A DNA stretch of 64,000 nt from Mizuhopecten yessoensis. Its lineage: Eukaryota. Position numbers and translations under genes: made by a program. The stretch covers positions 1,560,727 to 1,624,726 of the forward strand of contig NW_018404492.1 in assembly GCF_002113885.1 (NCBI RefSeq), read 5' to 3'. The notes beneath the pieces are model-generated. The model was not told where the DNA came from and searched no databases. It saw only the letters and a program-made list of their open reading frames with translations. Below, piece by piece: positions 39,491 to 52,951 of the stretch (positions are counted from its first letter, which is position 1; every line of letters starts with the position of its first letter).

Positions 39491-41499
39491 CGTATTTACG
39501 TTTATGGTTCTTGCTCTTATTTGGTTATAGCAACATTATTGGTTTGTAGGTTTATCTAAGGACTGTATAACAGAATTGTAACTATGTATATATGAAATTA
39601 AAATGCAGTGTCTTCCTACCTTAGGTTTACTGTCTATACTCTGTTTATTTGTGATAAACGAACACAGTTCTTAGCGTATTAATACAACACTGACTGGAAC
39701 TACAATATCCAATATAAATAAACATTACGGCTGCTGAAATATCGCTGGGCATTGTGAGATTTGACAATGTCATTGAAATTTATGTGCAAAATAAAAAATA
39801 AACTAAAAAAACACTTTTATTACAACGAAAACAAGACCAAGGTCTGCAATCTCGTACTTTATGCACATCGGTTGAAATCACTAATGCCGGCAATGGAAAC
39901 GATTTTAACGCTCATGCAATTTATCAGAAATATCGTCTGTTACACTGCACTGATCAACAGGGGTTCGTTACAAATGTCTGAAATGCACATATTATATAGA
40001 CCTACTGACACATATGTTACAGACCTACTGATATGAGTCACAGACAAATAAACATTTCAGACATTTGTTACGAACCTGTGCTCCGTTGCAAAATCACTCA
40101 CTTCAAGCGCTATCAGTTTCACGCGTCTCGGATCCACGGTTCCTCAGTTTCTGACGACATGTCAAATAACGATGCTGTTATAGAGTCTACCGACTGTTGT
40201 CAGGTTCCAATACAATCAACAAATACACTCACGCCTAGATTCTTCACAAAATGAGCAAAGAGAAAAGTTCCAATTAACTTCCAAAAATAACTCCCTCGTG
40301 GAGGGCAAGGTCGGATTTACGGTGTTCACTGTATTTTTCCATGCGCGAAATTTGTTCCGGGAAAAAATCGAAACAATTTCAAATCTAACTTTCAGCTCAG
40401 AGTTCTATTGATAAACTTAAATCACCCTATAAACATAGCATACGCAATTGTATTGATACTGAATTGTGGAATAAAATTGAAGTGTTTGTTAAAATTTCAA
40501 AGTACTACTTTGTTTGCCAATCAGCACGCGACCATACGGTGTTCAAACTATTGAACGAAATTGTGTGGACAGTCGATAAGGCGGGCATTTTTAATTTTAA
40601 ATATAAATTATAAGTTAAAAAAGAACATGAGAGGCAGAGAAACGTAAATATAAGTATTGAACTGTTTTTTGTATGGTATTTATGATCTATTTGAATGACA
40701 CAGCTTTGCAATCAAACAACATAATGCGCGCTAGCAAAAACAGTTCTATGCTAAATAAACAATACACAAGGAAGCCGTAATATCGGTATTTTGTTGAAAT
40801 CGGTAATGATGGCGTGCTGTACACTGTAACAGTCAGTAAAACAACATTCAGTAATTGGTACTTTTACCTGAGATTTTGAGCTTGTGCTTCAATTTTGAAC
40901 GAAAGTGATGACATTGAAAAGCTTCTCCTCTAAAAAATACAAGCAGAAAATTATTCAGAGAATTAAAAAAAAATCCAGTGATTTTCTCCATTGTCCTCAC
41001 ACACGACTGTAGGAATGTAGATAAGTACCAGCCGTACATGTATATGTCAGAAAAAGGAATTATTTCCTGCACAAGCAAAGTTTACTGAAATGGGGTATGC
41101 TACATTCCTTGACTTTGTTTTTCCAGACGCTCAGAGGAAAACTCGATATTTTCAAAGAAATGACAAATCAAAATATGTTTTTTATGGTTTCTGAGCTTCT
41201 TTCTAAAGATTGTGCGCAGGAGTATTTAATAGGAAAATTCCATCGTCGGGTTTTCAAAGTGGGTATTTTCCTATCCTGCATCCCTGGACATGAACTAGTG
41301 TTTTTGTCTTTGAATGAAATAATCCTAACTATTTTGTTTCGTGGGATTTCTGAATATCACACTAGTCAACCTCAAGTTTGTTTGTGTGTGGGGGGTTTCA
41401 TTTGTTGAGAACATTATTTGAATGTTTTGTGTTGCAGACATCATGATACAATTTAGTGTCCACGGTCGACAGACAGGTCTAGAAACATTAGGACGATAT

Positions 41500-41850
41500 A
41501 GTTACATAGTAGAACTCTTCATTGTAAAGGAAAGATTGTAAATACAGAGAACTCCTCATGAGAACATAGCTGTTGGGTTTATAAAACAACTTTTTGACCT
41601 AATATTCCCGTATGTAACTAAAACTAAATAATAGATGAAATTTGATCAAATTTATAACTTAAAATGTGCATCTACCGATGGAGATTGAAAGACGTGGTGT
41701 CTTATGCTGAGAAAACAGAAATTGGACTGAATTTGCTTGATATAATTGACGATGAGTATTCTTATTTGTTTAGGTGTGAAAATGCAGTGGAAAACAACTT
41801 ATCAGTATTATGTACCACATAACCACTTAATGTTTTCTATAGCCTTAATA
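41500..41850 (+). pseudogene. Second, more decayed RTEX-like LINE C-terminal fragment
   Basis: LIKFIT*NVHLPMEIERR...*ENRNW (41642; cf. L.KFRT.NH.LP.E.GR....R..R.C), then IDDEYSYLFRC (~41745). Confidence 0.6.
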
Positions 41851-42982
41851 AATATAAATCAGCGCTACCAAATATAAGAAAATTACTAGAAAAATATACA
41901 TAATTAGCAGTTGTTGCCCGCCGTGCGCAGTGAATTGTTGTGAATGCATGAGCTCTTGTGTCTCTGAGATTACTGAAAGGGCTTGCAAATCTTTGTAGGC
42001 ACGATTGAGACTGAGGGGCAACTTGTGTCGGGCTTATAAACAGAGTCTTAGATGATTTTATAGATATTAACTGTTTTTGGCTATCGGTGTAAATGTTGAT
42101 TGTTTTCCTTAAATTCGGTGTTGTAGGCGTTGTATAATAAAGTAAAACTTGAAAAACACAGCTTTGTTAGGAAACAAAATGTCCATTGACGACACAGCTT
42201 TATCCCAAGTGAAATTAATCACTCAAATCATGATAGCATATTTGAACCAAATCACACTTTTGGTGTTCCAGGCCTTGTATCTATGATTGCTTTAAACTCG
42301 ATGTGTTGCCAGCTAGGCGTGTGTTCTATGGTAGGTGATATGCACCACTCACCCGTGATGAGCACGTGCGAGTTAAGGATAATAACCGTAGTAACGGTAT
42401 TTTAAAACACTAACCGTAGTTAGGGATAGCAATAGCCGTGTCGACTATGCAGTATTAAAAGGCAACTTATTTCGCGACAGCCATGGTCGAAATTGTCCCC
42501 TAATTATACATTGTACAATCAAGGTCTGCTTTATGAATACCTTAAATATTTTGCTGTTCGACTCGGGAAGTGACCTTAACACATAGCAGCATTCGTATGC
42601 TCAGGCACGTGCGTTACCTCCAGTCAATAACAAATCGGTAGGGTCAATTTCATGTGAACATGAGGATAAAATTACACGACGAAGTAACTGTAGTAAGGAA
42701 GAAACCCCTTAACACCTCCAGAACTTGTAATCGATGGCAGAAATCACGTACATGTAGCAGGTGCACTGAAACCCATAGGGACCCGAGAATGAGAACACGG
42801 TATATATTGTTATACGTGTGTGTACACCGAACAAACCCGCCACCTGTCGCGTTTAATTAGGTAGTTCGTGTTTCTCCGTTTTAGCAGAGGGATCTGATAA
42901 TTCTGCCTGAAATATATTGTGCCTTAATTCTCCGGTGTGCTCTACCTAAACAACATAACATAACCCGTTCATTGTGTGTGTA

Positions 42983-43192
42983 CGAATAATACATAAAGTC
43001 GAATAGTGTATAAAGTCGAATAATACATAAAGTCGAATAGTGTATAGAGTCGAATAATACATAAAGTCGAATAGTGTATAAAGTCGAATAATACATAAAG
43101 TTGAATAGTGTATAGAGTCGAATAATACATAAAGTCGAATAGTGTATAACGTCGAATAATACATAAAGTCGAATAGTGTATAGAGTCGAATA
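42983..43192. repeat. 34-bp dimeric repeat (two alternating 17-mers), ~6 copies
   Basis: GTCGAATAATACATAAA alternates with GTCGAATAGTGTATA(A/G)A. Confidence 0.96.
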
Positions 43193-43564
43193 AAGTGAAC
43201 ATGAATACTAAATATGTGATTATAAGTGTTATGTGTGAAACATATAGATTATATATATATATGCGTACAGTTACAGGTAGTACATACATTTATCATATGA
43301 TGTACTGTGTTATCAAGTGAATATACCCATGTCATATTTGTTAGCGTATTAACCCATGTAATATGACCTATCATCATCCCTGTAATTAGTTGTAGGTTTC
43401 AATTGTTTCGATTATGACGTCACGCCTAGGACAAGTACATGACGTCACAGACTTAAGCACTGGAGTTATAATGGCGACTTTTTACATTTCAAGGTTACAT
43501 GAAAATTGTCGTTGTCCATGCATAAATGCCACAAATCTTGATTATGTGATAAAAATGATCTTAC

Positions 43565-43680
43565 ACTCGTTTTCATTGCATATGAAATTTATGTAACTTG
43601 TCACGAATTTTTCATTTTAGTGAGCCTGTTAGAAAAATTCTTAGACTCGTTTCATAAATATCATATGAAATGGAAACTCT
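43565..43680. repeat. Imperfect ~35-bp inverted repeat, probably the end of a non-autonomous element
   Basis: GTTTTCATTGCATATGAAATTTATGTAACTTGTC pairs imperfectly with GACTCGTTTCATAAATATCATATGAAATGGAAAC. Confidence 0.65.
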
Positions 43681-43847
43681 GTGTTTCCTATGTGTATGTG
43701 TAAAAAGGAACTATAATATATGTTTACAAAAGGTACATATGTGTGAACAGGATTCACGTGGGTTCAGATATTATATTAAATGTTTGCAAAGTGATACATA
43801 TGTGTATACATTTAATACATGTGTGAGTAAAGGTGAAACATATTTAA

Positions 43848-45490
43848 GTACAGAATATATGTGTGTACAGAACATGTGTGTACAGGTCAAACATATGTGT
43901 GTACAGAACACATGTGTACAGGTCAAACATGTGTGTACAGAACATGTGTGTACAGGTCAACTATATGTGTGTACAGATCATATGTGTGTACAGAACATGT
44001 GTGTACAGGTCAAATATATGTGTGTACAGAACATATATGTGTACAGAACATGTGTGTACAGGTCCAATATATGTGTGTATAGAACATATGTATGTACAGG
44101 TCAAACATATGTGTGTACAGAACACATGTATGTACAGAACATGTGTGTACAGGTCAACTATATGTTTGTACAGATCATATGTGTGTACAGAACATGTGTG
44201 TGCAGGTCAAATATATGTGTGTACAGAACATATATGTGTACAGAACATGTGTGTACAGGTCCAATATATGTGTGTATAGAACATATGTATGTACAGGTCA
44301 AACATATGTGTGTACAGGTAAAACATATGTGTGTACAGAACATGTGTGTACAGATCAAATATATGTGTGTACAGAACATGTGTGTACAGGTCCAATATAT
44401 GTGTGTATAGAACATATGTATGTACAGGTCAAACATATGTGTGTACAGAACATTTGTGTACAGGTCAAATATATGTGTGTACAGACCATATGTGTGTACA
44501 GGTCAAATATATGTGTGTACACAACATATGTGTGTACAGAACATATGTGTGTACAGATCATGTGTGTACAGGTCAAATATATGTGTGTAGAGAACATATG
44601 TATGTACAGGTCAAACATATGTGTGTACAGGTCAAACATATGTATGTACAGAACATGTGTGTAAAGGTCAAATATATGTGTGTACAGAACATATGTGTGT
44701 TCAGAACATGTGTGTACAGGTCAAATATATGTGTTTACAGAACATATGTGTGTACAGAACATGTGTGAACAGGTCAAATATATGTGTGTACAGAACATAT
44801 ATGTGTACAGAACATGTGTGTACAGGTCCAATATATGTGTGTATAGAACATATGTATGTACAGGTCAAACATATGTGTGTACAGGTCAAACATATGTATG
44901 TACAGAACATGTGTGTATAGGTCAAATATATGTGTGTACAGAACATATGCGTGTACAGGTCACACATATGTGTGTAAAGAACATATGTATATACAGAACA
45001 TGTGTGTACAGGTCAAATATATGTGTTTACAGAACATATGTGTGTACAGAACATGTGTGTGTACAGGTCAAATATATGTGTGTACACAACATATGTGTGT
45101 ACAGAACATATGTGTGTACAGATCATGTGTTTACAGGTCAAATATATGTGTGTACAGAACATATGTGTGTACAGAACATATGTGTGTGTGTGTACAGGTC
45201 AAACATATGTGTGTACAGGTCAAACATATGTATGTACAGAACATGTGTGTACAGGTCAACTATATGTTTGTACAGATCATATGTGTGTACAGAACATGTG
45301 TGTACAGGTCAAACATATGTGTGTACAGAACACATGTGTACAGGTCAAACATGTGTGTACAGAAAATGTGTGTACAGGTCAACTATATGTGTGTACAGGT
45401 CAAACATATGTATGTACAGAACATGTGTGTATAGGTCAAATATATGTGTGTACAGAACATATGTGTGTACAGAACATATGTGTGTACATG
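43848..45490. repeat. Complex two-module minisatellite (GTACAGAACAT(AT)GTGT and GTACAGGTCAAA(C/T)ATATGTGT) with higher-order blocks
   Basis: A long block recurs at 43954 and 44151 (197 bp apart). The diagnostic GGTCCAATAT variant occurs at 44061, 44258, 44389 and 44825. Confidence 0.97.
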
Positions 45491-47847
45491 AAAAAAACAT
45501 GCATATACCGATGAAACATGACAGGTAATACACATGTGTGTATATGTAAATACATGTGTGTTCAGATATCATATACGTGATCACGAAGTAGGGGTGTGTA
45601 TAAGGGTTATACAGATGTGTGTTCATGTAATACATAAAACACATTTAAGTACAGGTAGTGCATGAGACCTGAATTTAATATGTCAGGTAATTGTTTTCGT
45701 GTACACACAACATGTACTTTCAAGCCAATATGTGTCATATCAAACGTACCCTACTTCGCAGATTTGCTATTACAAATGGTTTGGAAGGTGTCCCGAATGA
45801 AACAATACCCTTTCATTATCTTGTGATATGTCGTTAACCTAAATTTAATGTTCCGAAAGGCAATTACAGTATTTGTTTACCAATTGAGCAAATAAAAATG
45901 CCTATAAAACAGGTGAACTCGGTTGTTTAGGCGCCATCTATTCCTGGGAATACTATTTAGTGTATCAAGGGCGGGACCCGCAGTCCAAGTCTAATGTTTC
46001 AATCCAAACATTACGAGACGTTTAAATACTAGTTATGATTTGTCATTATTTTACCTTATATATGTATTCAGTTAAACACTCTGGGCTCTTTTTTGTGTCA
46101 TTGGATAGTTCACACAACATTCTTATCTCGTGTTTGATTTGGTTTCACAATTGATTTATTTCGGGGTTCGAAAGAACCTATAAATGATAAATGCATATAT
46201 AATTTTACAAATGACACAGCAAATACATCTTTCACGCCATCACACATACGTTTTACCGATAATACAGTGCATTTCACTCATCGCGCCAATTAATTGATAG
46301 AATAACATAACTAAACGCGACGCACTCATCAGGATACTGTGGACAAAGAACGTCTTCCAATGTAAGTCGGAATTATATCATGTTCGTTTTACTCCTTAGA
46401 GTGTCTCAAAATGTGTGTCCGAGAATGGTCAAACAAGTGCTGCGATTGGTCAGTTGACTAAATAACATTTCTGACCAATCGAATTAGTACGGAACATGCA
46501 ACACACAAAACGAGTACGCCAACACAGCAACACAATATATGACGTCACAAACATGTGTAATTTCAGGTAAAATACACACATGAACTCTTACGTGTATAAA
46601 CAGTACATTACTTTGAAAGGAGTTTAAAAAATCTTGCCTAAACAAGTGCGCATACGTCAATATCCCAATAAAGCATGCATATAACGGGTGGACTGGAAAC
46701 ACTGAGTACAGGTGTTTTCACTGACTATTCTTCTCTATTTAACTTGAAAATTTACTCATTTACTTATAGAGGGATGCATAAAAAGAGTTGACTGAGGTCC
46801 GCATTCCGTCCAGCTTGCTTATTTCTCAGGACTTCTCAATGTGACATCAGTTGCGATTCAACAGTACCAAGAAAGTAATTCCAATGCTAGGTATATTCTT
46901 CAAATGTGCCGAACATTGCATTTCGGTTATTTTAGAATTTACTGATTTACTTTGAGTTTCCAATATTTGCTGTGAATGCGCTTTAAGTTGGATTTGCCTT
47001 TGTTTAGTTGGCATTCTTACACCAATTAGCATTGCCTATGAATGCCGACTGAAAGCAATTCAATCTGCTTCGCTTTGATCATGATTGGTACATGTACTGA
47101 CTTAACCAATCAACTTCGAAGTAACTAAAAGCTTCAAAACAAACCCAAACATTGCACAAATAGGGCCTGAGATTAAACATGCTTTCTGGTCGTGGTTTTA
47201 GCTAATATGAATTGGAATGGGATGAAAACATTAACTATATTGTTGCTAGCACCATTTGTGTAATAATTGTTGAGGAGAAAGTCTTAACGATGTTTCTAAA
47301 ACGTTTCCGATCCCATTACTGTAATTAAAAGCAATAAAATATTATTAAACCAAAATTACATTGTTTACATAAGTGATTATGTGACATAGAAGTAGTCTCT
47401 TACTGGCGATGCTCCGTGATTTGTGTTTCTGGGATATTTTCAGGGGGTGTTTAGCCAATGTAAAGCATCAATCCCTGTCACTCGATCAGCAGAACAATTA
47501 TTCATGTGGCCATCAGAATCCGGGAATCACGTCTTATCTACGCTGGTAGCAAACGACAGGTTAACAAGACTGCCGGATCGCGCTCAGCTAATTTTCCATT
47601 TCTATGACATGTTAGCAGTGGTATGCAATAAGCGGCTAATCTAGATTTTGTTTGGTTTTACAAAGATTCGCCAGGATCTCAGTTTAAAGTGCCACGTAAA
47701 ATGCGTTCCTGTGAACGACATAATCTAGTACAACATAAACGCTGGTGGTAGCGATGTCACAGAGAACAGCCGTCTGGTATCTCAGAACTCAGGCAGAACT
47801 GCAACGCTAACAAGGTCTGTTACAAAGACTTAACATACTACACTACG

Positions 47848-49760
47848 CTAGTCCACTCCATACTTACTGCCTCTAGTCCACTAGACTCGTACACATGTAC
47901 CACCCGCTAGTCAACTCCATACTTACTGCCTCTAGTCCACTAGCCTGGTACATATGTACCACCCGCAAGTCCACTCCATACATACTGCCTCTAGTCCACT
48001 AGCCTGGTACATATGTACCACCCGCTAGTCAACTCCATACTTACTGCCTCTAGTCCACTAGCCGGGTACATATGTACCACCCGCAAGTCCACTCCATACA
48101 TACTGCCTCTATTCCACTAGCCTGGTACATATGTACCACCCGCTAGACCATGTCATACTTACTGCTTCTAGTCCACTAGACTCGTACACATGTACCACCC
48201 GCTAGACCATTTCATACTTCCTGCCTCTAGTCCACTAGCCTGGTACACATGTACCAACCGCTCGACCATTTCATACATACTGCCTCTAGTCCACTAGCCT
48301 GGTACACATGTACCAACCGCTCGACCATTTAATACATACTGCCTCTAGTCCACTGGACTCGTACACATGTACCATCCGCTAGCCCATTTCATACTTACTG
48401 CCTCTAGTCCACTAGACTCGTACATATGTACCACCCGCTAGTCCACTCCATACTTACTGCCTCTAGTCCACTAACCTGGTACATATGTACCACCCGCTAG
48501 ACCATTTCATACTTACTGCCTCTAGTCCACTAGACTCGTACACATGTACCACCCGCTAGACCATTTCATACATACTGCCTCTAGTCCACTAGACTCGTAC
48601 ACATGTACCACCCGCTAGACCATTTCATACATACTGCCTCTAGTCCACTAGACTCGTACACATGTACCACCCGCTAGACCATTTCATACATACTGCCTCT
48701 AGTCCACTAGACTCGTACACATGTACCACCCGCTAGACCATTTCATACATACTGCCTCTAGTCCACTAGACTCGTACACATGTACCACCCGCTAGACCAT
48801 TTCATACATACTGCCTCTAGTCCACTAGACTCGTACACATGTACCACCCGCTAGTCCACTCCATACTTACTGCCTCTAGTCCACTAGACTCGTACATATG
48901 TACCACCCGCTAGTCCACTCCATACTTACTGCCTCTAGTCCACTAGCCTGGTACATATGTACCACCCGCTAGACCATTTCATACTTACTGCCTCTAGTCC
49001 ACTAACCTGTTACATATGTACCACCCGCTAGACCATTTCATACTTACTGCCTCTAGTCCACTAGACTCGTACACATGTACCACCCGCTAGACCATTTCAT
49101 ACATACTGCCTCTAGTCCACTAGACTCGTACACATGTACCACCCGCTAGACCATTTCATACATACTGCCTCTAGTCCACTAGACTCGTACACATGTACCA
49201 CCCGCTAGTCCACTCCATACTTACTGCCTCTAGTCCACTAGACTCGTACATATGTACCACCCGCTAGTCCACTCCATACTTACTGCCTCTAGTCCACTAG
49301 CCTGGTACATATGTACCACCCGCTAGACCATTTCATACTTACTGCCTCTAGTCCACTAGACTCGTACACATGTACCACCCGCTAGACCATTTCATACATA
49401 CTGCCTCTAGTCCACTAGACTCGTACACATGTACCACCCGCTAGTCCACTCCATACTTACTGCCTCTAGTCCACTAGACTCGTACATATGTACCACCCGC
49501 TAGTCCACTCCATACTTACTGCCTCTAGTCCACTAGACTCGTACATATGTACCACCCGCTAGTCCACTCCATACTTACTGCCTCTAGTCCACTAGCCTGG
49601 TACACATGTACCAACCGCTCGACCATTGCATACATACTGCCTCTAGTCCACTAGACTCGTACACATGTACCATCCGCTAGACCATTTCATACACACTGCC
49701 TCTAGTCCTCTAGACTCGTACACATGTACCACCCGCTAGTCAACTCCATACGTACTACCG
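47848..49760. repeat. 59-bp minisatellite, ~32 copies, with interspersed discrete variants
   Basis: Unit CTAG(TCCACTCC/ACCATTTC)ATAC(T/A)TACTGCCTCTAGTCCACTA(GACTCG/GCCTGG)TACA(C/T)ATGTACCACCCG; one-base shift per 60-nt line. Confidence 0.99.
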
Positions 49761-51946
49761 CTTGTCTATCAAATACATGTATAAAGACAGTACTATTGTA
49801 TAGAATGGTTTCACACTTAGCTTGACGAAGGGACCAGTCGGTTGTGAAACGTTGCGACACGTTTATTACGTACATAGTTTGTATAGAAAGTAAACTGCTT
49901 AAATTCAAGATAGTTGTCTGGTGGTCATCTCGTCCTCCGGTGCAGTCTCACCATGAAACATGGACAACAAATGACCTTGGCTAACCAAAATATGAATATT
50001 GAGATATATTCACAAGTAAATCCTGAGAAATAGCAATATCAAACTTTAACTGTAGAAATCTATGATAAAGGCATAGCGGCCGTATCGTTCTTCAATCATT
50101 CTATAAAGGGAACATACATTTAAAAGTTAAGTACACCTAAGGAAATGGTAATTACAACAGATCGCTGCCTAGTGTCCAGTTGGTTATTCCGGACGGTCTA
50201 AAAATAAAACGTCCACAACTATGGACCAAGAGGAATATACAAATGAAATTCTTGCGAAAAAAGCGATAACAGACTTAAAGTGTCGAAATCCAAGATAGCC
50301 CTCTGGTTGCCATTACATTCAACCGATCAATTTCAAAGTGAAATATCACTGGACATCCAAGAACCAATGAGAAACTTACATACCATATGAGAAAGATCGT
50401 CCAAGTACCTTTTGCAATTACAAATTTACTCGTCAATATCCTAAATGGCTGTCCTGCTGTCTTCTTCCTATCAAACTGAAATTAACAAATGCACAACTAA
50501 GGACCTAGGCGTAACTACAGATGAAATTTGTAAAGATCTGCGAAATTCTTCTTGAGAAATAGAATAACAAATTCTACAGCAAAACCTATGAAAACCACCT
50601 GGCAGCCACCTTGTTCTTGTGATTGTTTTTGAACTGAAACATAAACAACTTCGCGCCAAAGGGAACCTTTGTGTGAAACTCAGGTATGAAGATTAATGGT
50701 TTACCTTGATTTACATTGATGCGGATGGCCGGGAAATGAGAACTTGTGATAACAAGAATATTGTTTAAGGACGAATTACAGACGTCAGATGAAAGATGAT
50801 ATGAACAGCCCAATAGCATGACGTGATTATTTTAAAAAATGAAACATGAAAATAAAAAATGAAAAGTCGGCCAACTACAGAATACGCGTGAAACGGACAC
50901 CTTCCGACAATCGGAAACTCGTTACGTCGTCGTTCAGACGCTTTTTTTACATGGACGCTACCGAAAACAAAAGACAAAGTAACCGAAAACAAAGGGGGAA
51001 GTGACGATAAAATCTGACCCCTTCCGTATGAACTCTGAAAAGAAGAAAGTACAAAACAGATGAGATTTCCCCAATATCATTGATTGGCAGGAAGTGGATA
51101 TCAATCGTTGTTTTTTATACTTCAACATATTAATTCGATAAATAAAAGTATTTTCTAAGAACGATTTTCTGATAGAAGACTTGCTACAGACGTCACTGGG
51201 CTAGAGACTGAATACGTCATTTTCATTATGTTTCAAAAATAAATAAAATGTTTCTCTCCATTATTTCTGCGTTTTGTTTAAGTCTCCTTTGTCAGTTGTC
51301 ACGGGGTTGATTATCTGCATTGATTGGTACCGTTTATATTGGCCTTGTGAATTGCCCCAACCTGCTGTTTTGGCATTCTGCTTTGTCCATGGCCAGTTTA
51401 GAAGACATCTGACCACTACCTATACCAACACGTTATACCCTATCAATATCATTCTAATTAATCTCTGAACAGTAATGCTCCCTGAAGGTTCCAGGAAGAA
51501 TGCTCCTCCTGTATCGCACTTCATGTTTGAATTAAGTGACTAATATGCCCCAAATCTTGAATAATCCGGGTCCTTTTTATTGCTTTTTCCTCTGCTTAGG
51601 GGTCATTTAAAGCAAAACTGTATCTGCTTACCTAAGTGCAGACTAGCCCCCGTCTCTAGAATATTGAATTATTTAGAAATAAATATTTAACTCTAATTTT
51701 GATCACTTGGGTGTCTGGTTCTAAACTATAAACTAGGGGGAGATAAGCTAGTAGTAAAATGCAGTTGAGATATCCTTAAAATCATAAGGGCTGGTAGCTA
51801 GTCTACCCTAAATGCAATATATTTCCTTTCTCATATATATTTCTCTCGGTGTTGTCTCCGTTTGACACATGAGGACGCTAAACCCTTTACAAACCTCTAT
51901 AGCTACTGGTCCACTATATACATGTATCTGCCACTGTTCCGCTGAC

Positions 51947-52951
51947 AGTCCGGCGGAGGGGACTATAAATGGTGTCCCGTGTAGGAGGGTCCAACCTGCA
52001 CGTTAAAAGTCCCTCTGTGTATTGTCGAAAGAGTAGGCGCGTTAACGCCGGCACATAGGATAGGGTTAGATTAGATAACACATTTTTAGACGATTCGACG
52101 GACTTCCAAAATATAGGAATAAATCAAAACACAAAATAGAGTAGGATATAAGTAAAGGACAGCCTGGATATGGTACGCCCTCCTCCTAAACCCACGCCAT
52201 AGAAGACATCATGATATGATACGATCGGTGACCTCCCCATCTGTTTATATAATAAGAGTTCATATAAGTCATATATATTATTAGCCCAGTCACTTAAAGA
52301 TCCACCTTTAAGACCTTTTCCCGTTAAGCCAATTTTTACCCTTATTGTTTTAGGATTACTCAAAATATTTATCTAAAATTTTCATTTCTTTTTTCTTTTT
52401 TCTTCTCTTCTAAAAACATAAACACATACACCATAGAATTAACGATAAAACCCACATACACCATAGGAACCTCTCGGATAATCTCAGACTCCGGTCAAGC
52501 CTGACAAAAGAAGCAAAGTACTGTACCTAACGGAAGCAGAGACGTTTCTCTACTGTCGGGCACAACCGGAAGTTGGAGACCCGAGGTACATAACAAATAT
52601 AATATATATACTTCCCTATAAGAACAAGAATATATACAATAAATACACCTTCCAAATATACAAATATATTTTTTTTCTTATATATATACATTATTACAAG
52701 CCTTCTTGGCCATTTTTAAACCTCCCCCAACGATACAAAAACACTAGTTAGGAACTACAGCCAGAGTTGCATCAACCGCGAGACAAACCATTTCGGACAA
52801 AGAAGGATAGGATATAGCATAACCGACTCTAACCCATCTCCTGAGGGAAGGTAACTTCCCTCACGCCAACAGAACACCGACTTCCGTCAGTGAAATGAAA
52901 CCCGTAAGGGCGGATTCATGTAGGCGCTTAGCCCTTCAACCAACCAACCAA
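51947..52951 (+). mobile_element. ~1-kb 5'-truncated non-autonomous retroposon with a Deu/Nin-like domain, (CAAC)n tail and TSD
   Basis: GACTATAAAT..GTCCCGTGT...GCACGTTAAAAGTCCC...AAGAGTAGGCGCGTTAACGCCGG (51961-52051) resembles the DeuSINE/Nin domain. Tail CAACCAACCAACCAACC. Flanking direct repeats CCACTGTTCCGCTGAC (51931-51946) and CCAATGTCCCGCTGAC (52952-52967) match 14/16. Confidence 0.7.

Noticed and set aside
43670-45644. Many overlapping Cys/Val/Tyr-rich ORFs resembling metallothionein or zinc fingers
   Set aside because: Translations of the TGTACA minisatellite in multiple frames on both strands, with no frame preservation.
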